A stretch of DNA of 64,000 nucleotides from a virus. Below, in pieces: positions 37,597 to 47,354 of the stretch (position 1 is the stretch's first letter; every line of letters begins with the position of its first letter). Below the pieces are notes generated by a model that worked only from the letters and a program-made list of their open reading frames with translations, was not told where the DNA came from and did not search any database. The position numbers and the translations under genes were made by a program. Location: positions 1 to 64,000 of IMG/VR virus record IMGVR_UViG_3300035670_000062. The stretch is one strand, 5' to 3'.

Positions 37597-37670
37597 GGGG
37601 ACGCATGTACCAAGACTGGCGAAGGATACTTGCAATATCCTTGTGGTGGATTTGATTTCCACCGTCTCCA
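37597..37670 (+). tRNA. tRNA-Ala(TGC)
   Basis: G3:U70 acceptor, GGATA-CTTGCAA-TATCC. Confidence 0.82.
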
Positions 37671-37673
37671 CTT

Positions 37674-37847
37674 TATTTTACTGGATTGGGCCAGTTAAAA
37701 TAGTTGCTTAAGCCCAAAGCGTTATATTACATAATATAGATGCAATGCATGTAGTTTAGCAGCTTAGACACCATTCGAGTGAAAGCTGTAGGGATAGATA
37801 CCTAGTATTTTAAGAGAAGAATAGTAACTTAATCTCAAACCATCTAT
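37674..37847 (+). ncRNA. Putative pseudoknotted RNA at the 3' end of the tRNA operon
   Basis: Hairpin 37674-37702 whose loop TTGGG matches CCCAA 37713-37717; AGTTGCT/AGCAGCT; ATAGATG/CATCTAT. Confidence 0.5.
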
Positions 37848-37856
37848 GCGAATTTG

Positions 37857-37888
37857 TTTGGCTCCTCAGGGAGCCATTCGTATCTTTA
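37857..37888 (+). promoter_or_regulatory. Promoter with TGGCTCC-N4-GGAGCCA inverted repeat
   Basis: Repeated motif. Confidence 0.75.
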
Positions 37889-37918
37889 TGGTATAAGAAA
37901 CAAATAAAAATAAAAGTT

Positions 37919-38464
37919 ATGAAAACATTAGTTAAGCATCTTAAAAATGAGAGAATTGGAGAGATAATCAAAGAAAATCCCAAAACATTTTTAGTTAAAA
38001 CTCTAAAAGTAGGATATGAAACTATATATGAAAAGGTTTTATGGAAAAAGGAAGATGTATCATCTTATACAGAACCAGTTAAAGAAAAATCATTTTATGA
38101 TAAAATGAGAGAACGAAATATGGAAGACGCAAAAAACCTACCTACAACTCCTAAAGAAGCATCTCAAACAATTTTGTTGTTAAAAATGGCTATTATAGAT
38201 AGAGTAGAAAAAATTGAAAAAAGAGATCATAAAGAAGATAACATATTTACTTTTAGAGAAAAATCTACAGACAGATTTGGCTTTACAGAAAATTATGTTA
38301 ATATATTAATGCAAATGGCTTATGATGAGGGTCATAAAAATGCAACCGAAACTTTAACTAAAAGATATAATTCTTCTACTCAATTAATGAAAGATGCTTT
38401 AGATAAAATAAAGGATGCTTTAGATGATGCTAATTGGATTGAAGAATGTAATTGTAATTATTAA
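37919..38464 (+). CDS. Hypothetical protein
   Basis: AAAGTTATG start after promoter. Confidence 0.7.
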   Translation: MKTLVKHLKNERIGEIIKENPKTFLVKTLKVGYETIYEKVLWKKEDVSSYTEPVKEKSFYDKMRERNMEDAKNLPTTPKEASQTILLLKMAIIDRVEKIEKRDHKEDNIFTFREKSTDRFGFTENYVNILMQMAYDEGHKNATETLTKRYNSSTQLMKDALDKIKDALDDANWIEECNCNY

Positions 38465-38467
38465 AAT

Positions 38468-38734
38468 ATGAGGAAAGAAAAAGTTATATCCTTAATATCA
38501 GGAAGGATTCAAACAGAATATGAGAAATATTCTGATAAGGGAATGGATTGGGCTCAAATTTCAGCTAAAAAAATATATTCTTCTCTATTTATGGATAAAG
38601 AGGGGGGTAAAGAATTTTATAGTAAAGATGAAGTTAGTTCATTATTATTTAAAGCAATAATAGAAAATAAAGAGTTCCCTACCTATACAGACTTAACAAA
38701 CCACATAAAACAATTTAAAGAAAAAAATATGTAA
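38468..38734 (+). CDS. Hypothetical protein
   Basis: ORF track. Confidence 0.65.
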   Translation: MRKEKVISLISGRIQTEYEKYSDKGMDWAQISAKKIYSSLFMDKEGGKEFYSKDEVSSLLFKAIIENKEFPTYTDLTNHIKQFKEKNM

Positions 38735-38736
38735 TT

Positions 38737-39267
38737 ATGAAAAATTTAATAAGAACTTTTAAAAATGGAGTAAAAAATTTAATAAAATGGTTTCCTATTA
38801 TTTGGAAAGATAGAGATTGGGACCAACATTATATTTATGAAGTTTTAAAATTTAAACTCCAAAAACAGGCAAAATATATTTCTCAAAGAGGAAACCATCT
38901 TTCAGCTCAAAAAGATGCTCGTAATATGAATATATGTACTTCCCTTATTCAAAAAATCCAAGATGGTTATTACGAGTTAGAATATATGAATTATTGTATA
39001 GATAAGACTTGGTTTGAACCTATTAAAGATTCATATTCATGGGAAAGAGAAATATTAGATGAAAATTATGATTCATATTTCAAATTATATCCCTTAATCT
39101 ATAAAAAAGTTATTAATGATGAAATAAAATATTATGATATTAATAATGTTCATGGCAGCGAACGAAAAGAAAGGATTGCTATGAGTATAGCTCAATATAA
39201 TCAAAAAAGAGCCCAAGACTTATTATTTAAAATAATGAATGAACAGATTAATAGTTGGTGGGATTAA
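38737..39267 (+). CDS. Conserved phage protein (WFPIIWKDRDWD...WWD type)
   Basis: ORF track. Confidence 0.7.
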   Translation: MKNLIRTFKNGVKNLIKWFPIIWKDRDWDQHYIYEVLKFKLQKQAKYISQRGNHLSAQKDARNMNICTSLIQKIQDGYYELEYMNYCIDKTWFEPIKDSYSWEREILDENYDSYFKLYPLIYKKVINDEIKYYDINNVHGSERKERIAMSIAQYNQKRAQDLLFKIMNEQINSWWD

Positions 39268-39315
39268 TGTAGAATAACAAATAACTTTATATTTATATAT
39301 AAACAATATACTATT

Positions 39316-42300
39316 ATGAAACTAACAAAACTTTTAAGTCTATTTATAACGTTTATTGCTGTATTTATTAATATTAATACATACGCACAATACAACACAG
39401 GATTCGAAGGGTCAGATGAAACTAAAACATCCTATGCTTCTGGTGATGTTATTTTAAGTGGTATTCAATGGAATATGACTGAGGCATTGATTGGTACTCT
39501 TTCTAATGATAAAAAGATTGGTAGTCGATCCATGCGTATGAGGAGAAATGGTACTATTCCAGGAACAGCAACTATGTTGAATGATAAACCTGATGGGATT
39601 GGTACTATATCCTTTAAATATGCTAGATTTGGTACTGAAACAGGTCAGCCAACGTTATTTGTGGAATATAGTATAGATGGGGGTATTTCATGGACTCAGG
39701 CAGGATCATCCATAACATCTTTCCCAAATAGTTTAACAAATTGGTCAGCAACTATTAATCAGGGTGGGAATGTTAGGATTAGATTTAGAACAAATACTGG
39801 TGGTACCAGTCAAAGAAGGTTTAATATAGATGACATTCAATTAACCAACTACATACCAGCATGCTATCAACCAACTGCTTTTGGAACAGCATCAGCTCCA
39901 ACAACTCCAACTCCCCTTACAATAAGCACGTGTACATACGCAGGAGAATACAACACTATAAACTCTATAGTCTCAGGTCAAACTTATCAATTCGAATCTA
40001 GTATTGGAAGTGATTGGCTTGTTTTAACTGATGCTTCAAATAATCTTATTACTTCAGGCACCTCTCCTATAAATTGGACAGCAAACTTTAGTGGTACAGT
40101 TAGATTACATATTAGTACTAACTCTAATTGCGGGACTCAAAATATATGCAGAACAACCAAAGTAACTTGTCTTTCTTGCATTCCACCTCCTTGCATCCAA
40201 CCAACACCATTTATATCAATTAATGCCCCAACAACTCAGTCTCAACTAACAATAAGCACGTGTACTTATGCAGGGGAGTATAACACTATAAATTCTGTAG
40301 TTTCTGGGAGTACTTATCTATTTGAGTCTAGCATTAATACAGATTGGCTTGTTTTAACTGATGCTCAAAATAACCTACTCGCATCAGGTACCTCATCAAT
40401 TAACTGGACAGCAACCTTTAGTGGTACAGTTAGATTGCATGTTAGTGTGGATAATAACTGTGGCATTCAGAATGTATGTAGAACAACTAGTGTAATATGT
40501 ACTTCATGCATTCCAGTTCCTTGTACTCAACCTACACCATATGTGTCAATAAACGCACCTACAATTCCAACTCCCCAAATCATCACCAACTGTACATACG
40601 CTGGAGAATACAATACTATAAATTCTGTAGTTTCTGGGAGTACTTATCAATTCGAATCTAGCGTTGGAACTGACTGGCTTGTTTTAACCGATGCTTCAAA
40701 TAATGTAATCGTTTCTGGAAGTTCACCTATAAATTGGACGGCAAATTTTAATGGCACAGTCCGACTTCATGTTAGTACCAACTCTAATTGTGGAACTCAA
40801 AATGTATGTAGAACAACTACTATAACATGTAACTCTTGTCAATTTCCTCCTATTATAAGCTCTTTTACTCCAACTAATACTTGCTTTAACAGCAACGAAC
40901 AAATTATCATAACAGGACAAAACTTTACAAATGTTATAAGTGTAAGTTTAGGAAACAATAATGTTCAATCATTTGTTGTAAATAGCTCAACTCAGATAAC
41001 CATTTCAATTGGTTCAAGTATGTCTGGTTTTATTACTGTAGTTACACCTGGAGGTAGTACAACTAGTTCGAGTATTTTTACAGTAAATGCATCTCCCTCT
41101 CAGTCAGTTTCGGTTATTAATGTTGGATGTTTTGGTGATTCTAGTGGAAATATTAACCTAACTCCATCAGGTGGAAGTGCTCCATATTCCTTTAGTTGGA
41201 ACAATGGCGTCACTACTGAAGACTTAACAAACGTACCCGCTGGGATATATTCAGTAATTATCACCGATCAAAATAATTGTACCACTTCAACGTCAGTAAC
41301 AATAACCCAACCAACATCAACTTTAAACGATTCTATTGTTAAAACTAATGTTCTTATTTATGGTAACTCAACAGGAGCAATAGACTTAACAATGTCGGGT
41401 GGTACAGCTCCATACACATACTTATGGTCTAACGGAGCGACCACTGAAGACCTTACTGGTCTTGCCGCAGGAACCTACACTGTAACAGTTACTGATGCTA
41501 ATGGTTGTCAGCTTATAACAAGTGTAATAATTGAAGAACCTATTGATTGTACTATTGGTGATATTGAAGGGGCTCAAATATTATGTGGTTACTCTCAAGT
41601 CAGTTACACAATAGAAATACCTTCATGTGTTGTAAACTACTATTGGAATATGCCACAAGGAATGACGATAATTGATGAGGACACTGACGTAGCTGGATAT
41701 ATTACTGTGGATGTTTCAATTGATGAGTTAGATTTTGTATCGGGTGATATAATTTTTACTGCTGTTTATAGTGGAGGTACAAGTTCAGATACACTAGCTG
41801 TTAGTCAAATTCCATTTACACCAGAATTTATAACTACGGCTACTTGTGGTATACCTAATACTACTGTCACTTTTGAAGTAGAAGAAATTGAAGGTGTTGA
41901 AAGTTATGTTTGGACTCAACCAAATTTATCTAGTTTATTGTTTGGGCAAAATACAGACTCAGTTCGTGTAAAATTTGGTTCATTGTTTAATAGTGGAACA
42001 CTTTCGGTTGTTGCTACCAACCTTTGCGGTTCGAGTCCTGCTGCTGAATTCTTTATTTTAGCACCTCCCGCTACTGCAAATAATATTCAAGGACCAACTA
42101 CAATATGTTCAGTGGAGCCTTCACAACTTTATTATGTGGATTCGGTTGCCAATGCTTCCTACTACATTTGGGGTATGCCAAACGGAGCAACAATTATTTC
42201 AAATCCAGCTACTAATGATTCGGTTAATGTAATGTTCCAAAACTTTAGTTCGGGTGTAATTTCTGTGAAATCAGCAAATACCTGCGGAAGTTCCTCAATG

Positions 42301-43689
42301 AAATACTTAACTGTAACGGCTCCTTCTATTGCTGCACCAACGGGAATATCTGGTCCACAATCAGTTTGTTCGTATGTAGGAACAGGTCAGATTGTCAATT
42401 ACACAACCCCAATGGTGTCTGGAGTGACTAATTATATTTGGTCTATGCCTTCAGGAGCAACTATAAGTAATGGTTTGGGAACCAATACAATTGGTGTTCA
42501 GTTTGCTGCTGGATTTACAGGTGGTAACATAGGAGTGTCATTAAGTAATGGCTGTAGTTTAAGTCAACAATCAACATTACAATTATTGGGTGTGTCTGCA
42601 GGAGGTGCACCTCAATATATAGATCTTAATGGACAGTCTAGTGTTTGTTCGTTCATCGGTACTGGCAGCACTGTTTATAGTGTTACTCCTCCAATAGGAG
42701 CAAACAGTTATGTTTGGTCGGTACCTAATGATGCAACTATCATCAGTGGTTCAGGTACATCAAGTATTACTGTTTCGTTTGCTTCAAGTTTTGTAACCGG
42801 TACGATATCTGTTACCGTAATAACGAATTGTGGGACAACCTATCAACAATCTAAAACAGTGACAAAAATCCCTTCTGATGCTGGAGCGATAACTGGACCA
42901 AATTGTATTTTACTTGGATCAACTTATACCTATTCAATAGCAGCAGTTTCTGGAGCCACATCTTATCACTGGACGGTACCTTCAAATGCCACTATTACTA
43001 GTGGACAATGGACTTCAAGTATTACTGTACAATACTCAAATTCGTTTTCTGGTGGGGATATGACAGTTACACCTATTAATAGTTGTGGTAATGGAACATC
43101 CTCAACTATTACTATAGGTTTGGCAATAGTTGTACCGAGTCAAATTTTTGGTGCTACTTCGGTTTGTTTAGGTCAAACATTGACCTACTATGTTACACCT
43201 GTACCTACTGCCACATACTATATTTGGGCTGTTCCAGTTGGTATGGCTATAATTGGATATCAATATGGTGATAGTATCGTTGTGTCAGTAGATAATCAAT
43301 TTATTTCAGGTTTAATTTCTTGTAAATCTGTAAATGACTGTGGCAGTAGTCCAATGCGATACTCAAACACTATTTCAACCGGCAACTGTTCTACGGCTAT
43401 ATCAACATCACCTCAAGTTATTACTAAAATAAGTATAAATGAAAATAATGAAGTTGGATTATATCCAAATCCAACAAATGATAAAACATTTATTAAACTA
43501 ATAAACAATGAAGAAAAGTTAATAAAAATTATAATTTATGATAATAGTGGTAGATGTATATTTAATCAAGTTATAGATATAGATGGAGATTCAAACTTTA
43601 TAGATTTATCTATGTATAATTCTGGGGTTTATTTAGTTTTTATTATAACAAGTAATAGCAAGGATATATATAGAGTAATTAAAATTTAA
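39316..43689 (+). CDS. Large secreted adhesin-like protein: signal peptide, 3x110-aa repeats, IPT/TIG, SprB repeats, PKD-like repeats, T9SS type A C-terminal domain
   Basis: GGTAPYTYLWSNGATTEDLTGLAAGTYTVTVTDANGC (SprB), Y.W.VP..ATI.SG (PKD-like), LYPNPT...IYDNSGR...SGVYLV (T9SS CTD). Confidence 0.9.
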   Translation: MKLTKLLSLFITFIAVFININTYAQYNTGFEGSDETKTSYASGDVILSGIQWNMTEALIGTLSNDKKIGSRSMRMRRNGTIPGTATMLNDKPDGIGTISFKYARFGTETGQPTLFVEYSIDGGISWTQAGSSITSFPNSLTNWSATINQGGNVRIRFRTNTGGTSQRRFNIDDIQLTNYIPACYQPTAFGTASAPTTPTPLTISTCTYAGEYNTINSIVSGQTYQFESSIGSDWLVLTDASNNLITSGTSPINWTANFSGTVRLHISTNSNCGTQNICRTTKVTCLSCIPPPCIQPTPFISINAPTTQSQLTISTCTYAGEYNTINSVVSGSTYLFESSINTDWLVLTDAQNNLLASGTSSINWTATFSGTVRLHVSVDNNCGIQNVCRTTSVICTSCIPVPCTQPTPYVSINAPTIPTPQIITNCTYAGEYNTINSVVSGSTYQFESSVGTDWLVLTDASNNVIVSGSSPINWTANFNGTVRLHVSTNSNCGTQNVCRTTTITCNSCQFPPIISSFTPTNTCFNSNEQIIITGQNFTNVISVSLGNNNVQSFVVNSSTQITISIGSSMSGFITVVTPGGSTTSSSIFTVNASPSQSVSVINVGCFGDSSGNINLTPSGGSAPYSFSWNNGVTTEDLTNVPAGIYSVIITDQNNCTTSTSVTITQPTSTLNDSIVKTNVLIYGNSTGAIDLTMSGGTAPYTYLWSNGATTEDLTGLAAGTYTVTVTDANGCQLITSVIIEEPIDCTIGDIEGAQILCGYSQVSYTIEIPSCVVNYYWNMPQGMTIIDEDTDVAGYITVDVSIDELDFVSGDIIFTAVYSGGTSSDTLAVSQIPFTPEFITTATCGIPNTTVTFEVEEIEGVESYVWTQPNLSSLLFGQNTDSVRVKFGSLFNSGTLSVVATNLCGSSPAAEFFILAPPATANNIQGPTTICSVEPSQLYYVDSVANASYYIWGMPNGATIISNPATNDSVNVMFQNFSSGVISVKSANTCGSSSMKYLTVTAPSIAAPTGISGPQSVCSYVGTGQIVNYTTPMVSGVTNYIWSMPSGATISNGLGTNTIGVQFAAGFTGGNIGVSLSNGCSLSQQSTLQLLGVSAGGAPQYIDLNGQSSVCSFIGTGSTVYSVTPPIGANSYVWSVPNDATIISGSGTSSITVSFASSFVTGTISVTVITNCGTTYQQSKTVTKIPSDAGAITGPNCILLGSTYTYSIAAVSGATSYHWTVPSNATITSGQWTSSITVQYSNSFSGGDMTVTPINSCGNGTSSTITIGLAIVVPSQIFGATSVCLGQTLTYYVTPVPTATYYIWAVPVGMAIIGYQYGDSIVVSVDNQFISGLISCKSVNDCGSSPMRYSNTISTGNCSTAISTSPQVITKISINENNEVGLYPNPTNDKTFIKLINNEEKLIKIIIYDNSGRCIFNQVIDIDGDSNFIDLSMYNSGVYLVFIITSNSKDIYRVIKI
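39862..40851 (+). repeat. Three intragenic 330-bp tandem repeats
   Basis: Units start at 39862, 40192 and 40522 (CTYAGEYNTINS...DWLVLTDA...GTVRLH). Confidence 0.9.
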
Positions 43690-43711
43690 TATTTATATTA
43701 AAATAATTAGT

Positions 43712-43954
43712 ATGAAAAAATTTATAATGACTATGCTTTCTAATAATTCAGGAGTATCTTCAAAACGAGTAATTGCATTTATAGGGTTCTTATTTTTATC
43801 AATAAGTATGTTTATTACTGTCTTTAAAAAAGAAGCAACCCCATCTCAATCATTAGTAACAGCAGTTGAAACTATTATAATAGTAGCATTAGGTGGTTCT
43901 ACTGTTGAAAAATTTTCAAAACAAAACTCAAAAATCAATCCAGAAGACGAATGA
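43712..43954 (+). CDS. Putative holin-like two-TM protein
   Basis: Two TM helices, overlaps endolysin start. Confidence 0.5.
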   Translation: MKKFIMTMLSNNSGVSSKRVIAFIGFLFLSISMFITVFKKEATPSQSLVTAVETIIIVALGGSTVEKFSKQNSKINPEDE

Positions 43955-44826
43955 TACTACAAAAAGGAAGCAAAGGTAAATTAGTTATTAACCTACAAAA
44001 TTTTCTAAAAATAACCCCAGATGGTAATTTTGGGCCTATGACTGAAGTGGCAGTTAGAAATTGGCAATTAAAAAATAATATTAAAGTAACAGGAGTTGTT
44101 GATTCTGTAACTTGGGATTCAATGGGATTAGCATCTACAGATGAATCTGAAAGAAACAACCATCAGGAAAATATTATAATAAATAAAGATTTTCTTCCTA
44201 AAGGAGAATATATGAATGGACCAACTAAAAAAGAATGGTTATTTTTACATCATACTGCTGGGTGGAATGATCCTTATAAAGTAATAAAATCATGGGGTAG
44301 AGACAATAGAGGAGCTATTGCTACTGAATTTGTATTAGGTGGTCCTAGTATAACTAATAATGATAATAAGTTTGATGGTGAAATTGTTCAAGCGTTTCCT
44401 GAAGGAGGATATGGTTGGCATTTAGGGACAGGAAATAATGAAATGCATAGAAATTCTGTTGGTATTGAAGTGTGTAATTTTGGTTACATTAAAGATGGTA
44501 AAACATACACAGGTAATGTAGTAAATCCTAATCAAATTGTTGAGTTAAAACAACCATTTAGAAAATATAAACAATGGCATAAATATTCTGACAATCAGTT
44601 AAATGCTCTTAAAAATCTTATTCTATATATAGCCAACAGAGACAACATTGATGTTAGAAAAGGATTACCTGAGTTGATTAAAACTATGGGAGTAGATGCT
44701 TTTGATTTTGTTAATATAAAACATGTAGAAACTAATAAAGGTTTATGGAATCATACAAACGTGAGATCAGACAAATTTGACATGTTTCCTCAACAAGAAC
44801 TTATAGACATGTTATTAAGTTTATAA
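43951..44826 (+). CDS. Endolysin: peptidoglycan-binding domain + N-acetylmuramoyl-L-alanine amidase
   Basis: LQKGSKG..V..LQ..L..DG.FGP.TE.AV..WQ; LHHTAG, WH.G, SVGIEVCN, H. Confidence 0.88.
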   Translation: MILQKGSKGKLVINLQNFLKITPDGNFGPMTEVAVRNWQLKNNIKVTGVVDSVTWDSMGLASTDESERNNHQENIIINKDFLPKGEYMNGPTKKEWLFLHHTAGWNDPYKVIKSWGRDNRGAIATEFVLGGPSITNNDNKFDGEIVQAFPEGGYGWHLGTGNNEMHRNSVGIEVCNFGYIKDGKTYTGNVVNPNQIVELKQPFRKYKQWHKYSDNQLNALKNLILYIANRDNIDVRKGLPELIKTMGVDAFDFVNIKHVETNKGLWNHTNVRSDKFDMFPQQELIDMLLSL

Positions 44827-44828
44827 TA

Positions 44829-45836
44829 ATGAAAAAATATATATTCCCTTTTATAATTGCTCTATCTGCAATTAGTGTTAGTGCGTCTGCTGCTTTCTAT
44901 AGTGTATATGGTTTATTTAAATTATTTAGTGGTGCAGGTATTGCTATTATTATTATGGCTTCTGCACTTGAAATATCAAAATTAGTAGTAGCTTCATTGT
45001 TACATCAGTATTGGAAGGAGTTAAATAAGTTACTTAAAATATATTTGTCTGTAGCTTTAGGGATATTAATGCTTATTACTAGTTTAGGTATATATGGATT
45101 TTTAACTCATTCATATCAGCAAACATATAATGCATCTATGATGGTTGAAAATCAATTAGAATTAATTGAAAATAAACTCGATTATTTTAATAATAATATA
45201 GATAATATAAACTCACAAATATCCCTTAAATCTCAACGAATTATCACTTTAGTTGAACTTAGAACTCAACAAGAAACTAGATTAGATTCATTATATAATA
45301 AAAATAAATACAAACAAGCTAAAGCAACTGAAGGGGTTATATTTGAAGCTAATAATGATATTAAGTTTTTGGAAAAGGAAATGGATACTTTAAATATAAA
45401 TTTAAATAAATGGAATGATTCAATTAATATTACTAAATATAAAATATTAGAATTAACCAACAATAATCAAGCTTCAGCTGAGTTAGGTCCCTTAAAATAT
45501 TTATCAAACCTATTAAATAAACCAATGGATCAGATTATAAATTGGTATATGCTTTTAATCATATTTGTATTTGATCCTTTAGCTATAGCTTTAGTATTAG
45601 TTGCTAATTTTACTTTTTCAAAGATTAAACCTAAAAAATTATATTATACTAAAGATTCACCTGTTATATATGAAGAAAAGAAGGAGGAAATAATCTCCCA
45701 ACAAAGTGATTTACCTGAAGATGTAATTGATATTGATGATAGAATTAGTAACATATTGAATAGTGATTTAAGTGAAAAAAAGAAAAATAAAATAATTAAT
45801 CAAATAAAAAATGATGATTTAACTATAAATTATTAA
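44829..45836 (+). CDS. Multi-TM coiled-coil membrane protein
   Basis: Three N-terminal TMs, ELGPLKYL, IIFVFDPLAI. Confidence 0.75.
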   Translation: MKKYIFPFIIALSAISVSASAAFYSVYGLFKLFSGAGIAIIIMASALEISKLVVASLLHQYWKELNKLLKIYLSVALGILMLITSLGIYGFLTHSYQQTYNASMMVENQLELIENKLDYFNNNIDNINSQISLKSQRIITLVELRTQQETRLDSLYNKNKYKQAKATEGVIFEANNDIKFLEKEMDTLNINLNKWNDSINITKYKILELTNNNQASAELGPLKYLSNLLNKPMDQIINWYMLLIIFVFDPLAIALVLVANFTFSKIKPKKLYYTKDSPVIYEEKKEEIISQQSDLPEDVIDIDDRISNILNSDLSEKKKNKIINQIKNDDLTINY

Positions 45837-45855
45837 AACCACTTCTATGAATTTG

Positions 45856-45887
45856 TTTGGCTCCACAGGGAGCCATTCGTATCTTTA
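45856..45887 (+). promoter_or_regulatory. Promoter with TGGCTCC-N4-GGAGCCA inverted repeat
   Basis: Repeated motif. Confidence 0.75.
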
Positions 45888-45926
45888 TATTATAAGATTA
45901 ATTAATAAAAACAAAAAATAAAAGTT

Positions 45927-46703
45927 ATGAAAACAAAACAATGGTTACAAGAAAATGTAAAATCAATTTTTACAACAAGTGGTAGTGAAAATACATCAGA
46001 AAAATACACACATATCCCAACTTATAAAGTTGTAGAAGACATGGAATTATTGGGATGGGAAGTTGAAGAAGCTAAAGAAGTTAAAGCTAGAAAAAATGTA
46101 GGTTTCCAAAAACATCTTTTAATTTTTAGAAATCCAAATGTTGTCATTAATGGAAAAGATGGTGATACAATTCAACCACAAATCATATTAACTAATTCAA
46201 GTGATGGTAAGAATGCATTTTCTTTCAGAGCAGGTATGTATAGATTCATTTGCGAAAATGGATTAATAATTGGTGAAAATATTGTTGAACCAATTAAAAT
46301 AAGACATATGGGTTATTCATTTGAGGATTTAAGAATTAGTATTAATTCAATAATTGAAAAACTTCCACTTACTGTTGAGTCAATGAATAAAATGAAAGAA
46401 ATTGAATTAAATGAAACTCAATTAGTTGAATTTGCTAACAAAGCCTTAACTGTTAGATTTACAGAAGAAGAATTAAAAACATATAAAGTTGACATCTTTA
46501 ATTTACTTCAACCAACACGAGATGCTGATTCAGGAAATGGTTTATGGGAAATATTTAATGTATTTCAAGAAAAAATTATTAAAGGAAATTTTCAATATTT
46601 CAATGGTAAAAAATATAGAAAAGCTCGCCCAATTAAAAACTTCAATCAAGATTTAGAAGTCAATTCAAAATTATTCGATTTAGCATTAGAATATGTTTCA
46701 TAG
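45927..46703 (+). CDS. DUF932/DUF945-family protein (second copy)
   Basis: SEKYTHIPT, KH...FR, ILTNSSDG, GMYRFICENG, LWEIFNVFQE, N.KLFDLA. Confidence 0.85.
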   Translation: MKTKQWLQENVKSIFTTSGSENTSEKYTHIPTYKVVEDMELLGWEVEEAKEVKARKNVGFQKHLLIFRNPNVVINGKDGDTIQPQIILTNSSDGKNAFSFRAGMYRFICENGLIIGENIVEPIKIRHMGYSFEDLRISINSIIEKLPLTVESMNKMKEIELNETQLVEFANKALTVRFTEEELKTYKVDIFNLLQPTRDADSGNGLWEIFNVFQEKIIKGNFQYFNGKKYRKARPIKNFNQDLEVNSKLFDLALEYVS

Positions 46704-46721
46704 AAATATGAAAAAATAATT

Positions 46722-46748
46722 AAAGCTCCTATAAATGGAGCTTTTTTT
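46722..46748 (+). terminator. Intrinsic terminator
   Basis: AAAGCTCC-tataaat-GGAGC-T7. Confidence 0.85.
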
Positions 46749-46919
46749 ATCTAATCTTATATATAAACATATGTTTATTTCTTACTTTAAGTCGATTTAA
46801 AACCATTTAAATTAAAAATCATATATTTCATCAATAGTAATAATATAACGTTTTTAATTAATCTTATCTTAATTGATTATTATTTTGTTTGGTTATATTT
46901 TATTCGTATATTTATAATC

Positions 46920-47354
46920 ATGAATGTAAATAAAATATTTAATCTTTTTGGGAATGATGAAGTTCCTGAGGATAATAATGAAATTGATAATATTATTGAT
47001 TGGAGGGATACACCTACATATAAAATAGGTATGTTCAAGAAAATCATTATTAATAATAAGATGATTAAAAATGTTTTTATAAAAAATTTAAAGGAAAATG
47101 GCATTATAGATTTAGATGAAGAAGACATGGAAAAAGCTGGTGAATTTTTAGCTTATAATAGGTCATGGGATTATATTAAAGATTGTGATATTAATAATGA
47201 TGTTTGGAAAGATGCATTGTTGTTATCAAATAAAGAAGAAATTATTTCTATATTAATCAATTCAATCTTATTCTTTGAAAATTCTGAAGAATATGAAAAA
47301 TGTGCACTTTTAAAAAGTATTTTGGATTTTTTAAATTTAAATTTGGCTTCGTAA
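46920..47354 (+). CDS. Hypothetical protein with C-terminal EEYEKCA (UVR-like) motif
   Basis: ORF track. Confidence 0.7.
   Translation: MNVNKIFNLFGNDEVPEDNNEIDNIIDWRDTPTYKIGMFKKIIINNKMIKNVFIKNLKENGIIDLDEEDMEKAGEFLAYNRSWDYIKDCDINNDVWKDALLLSNKEEIISILINSILFFENSEEYEKCALLKSILDFLNLNLAS

Noticed and set aside
39862-40851. 330-bp repeats as a diversity-generating retroelement TR/VR
   Set aside because: They are in-frame domain repeats with mixed substitutions, and there is no reverse transcriptase in the window
9048-45887. GGCTCC/GGAGCC repeats as a CRISPR array, attC sites or terminators
   Set aside because: They are dispersed rather than regularly spaced, always sit between promoter boxes, and have no U-tract and no AAC/GTT cores
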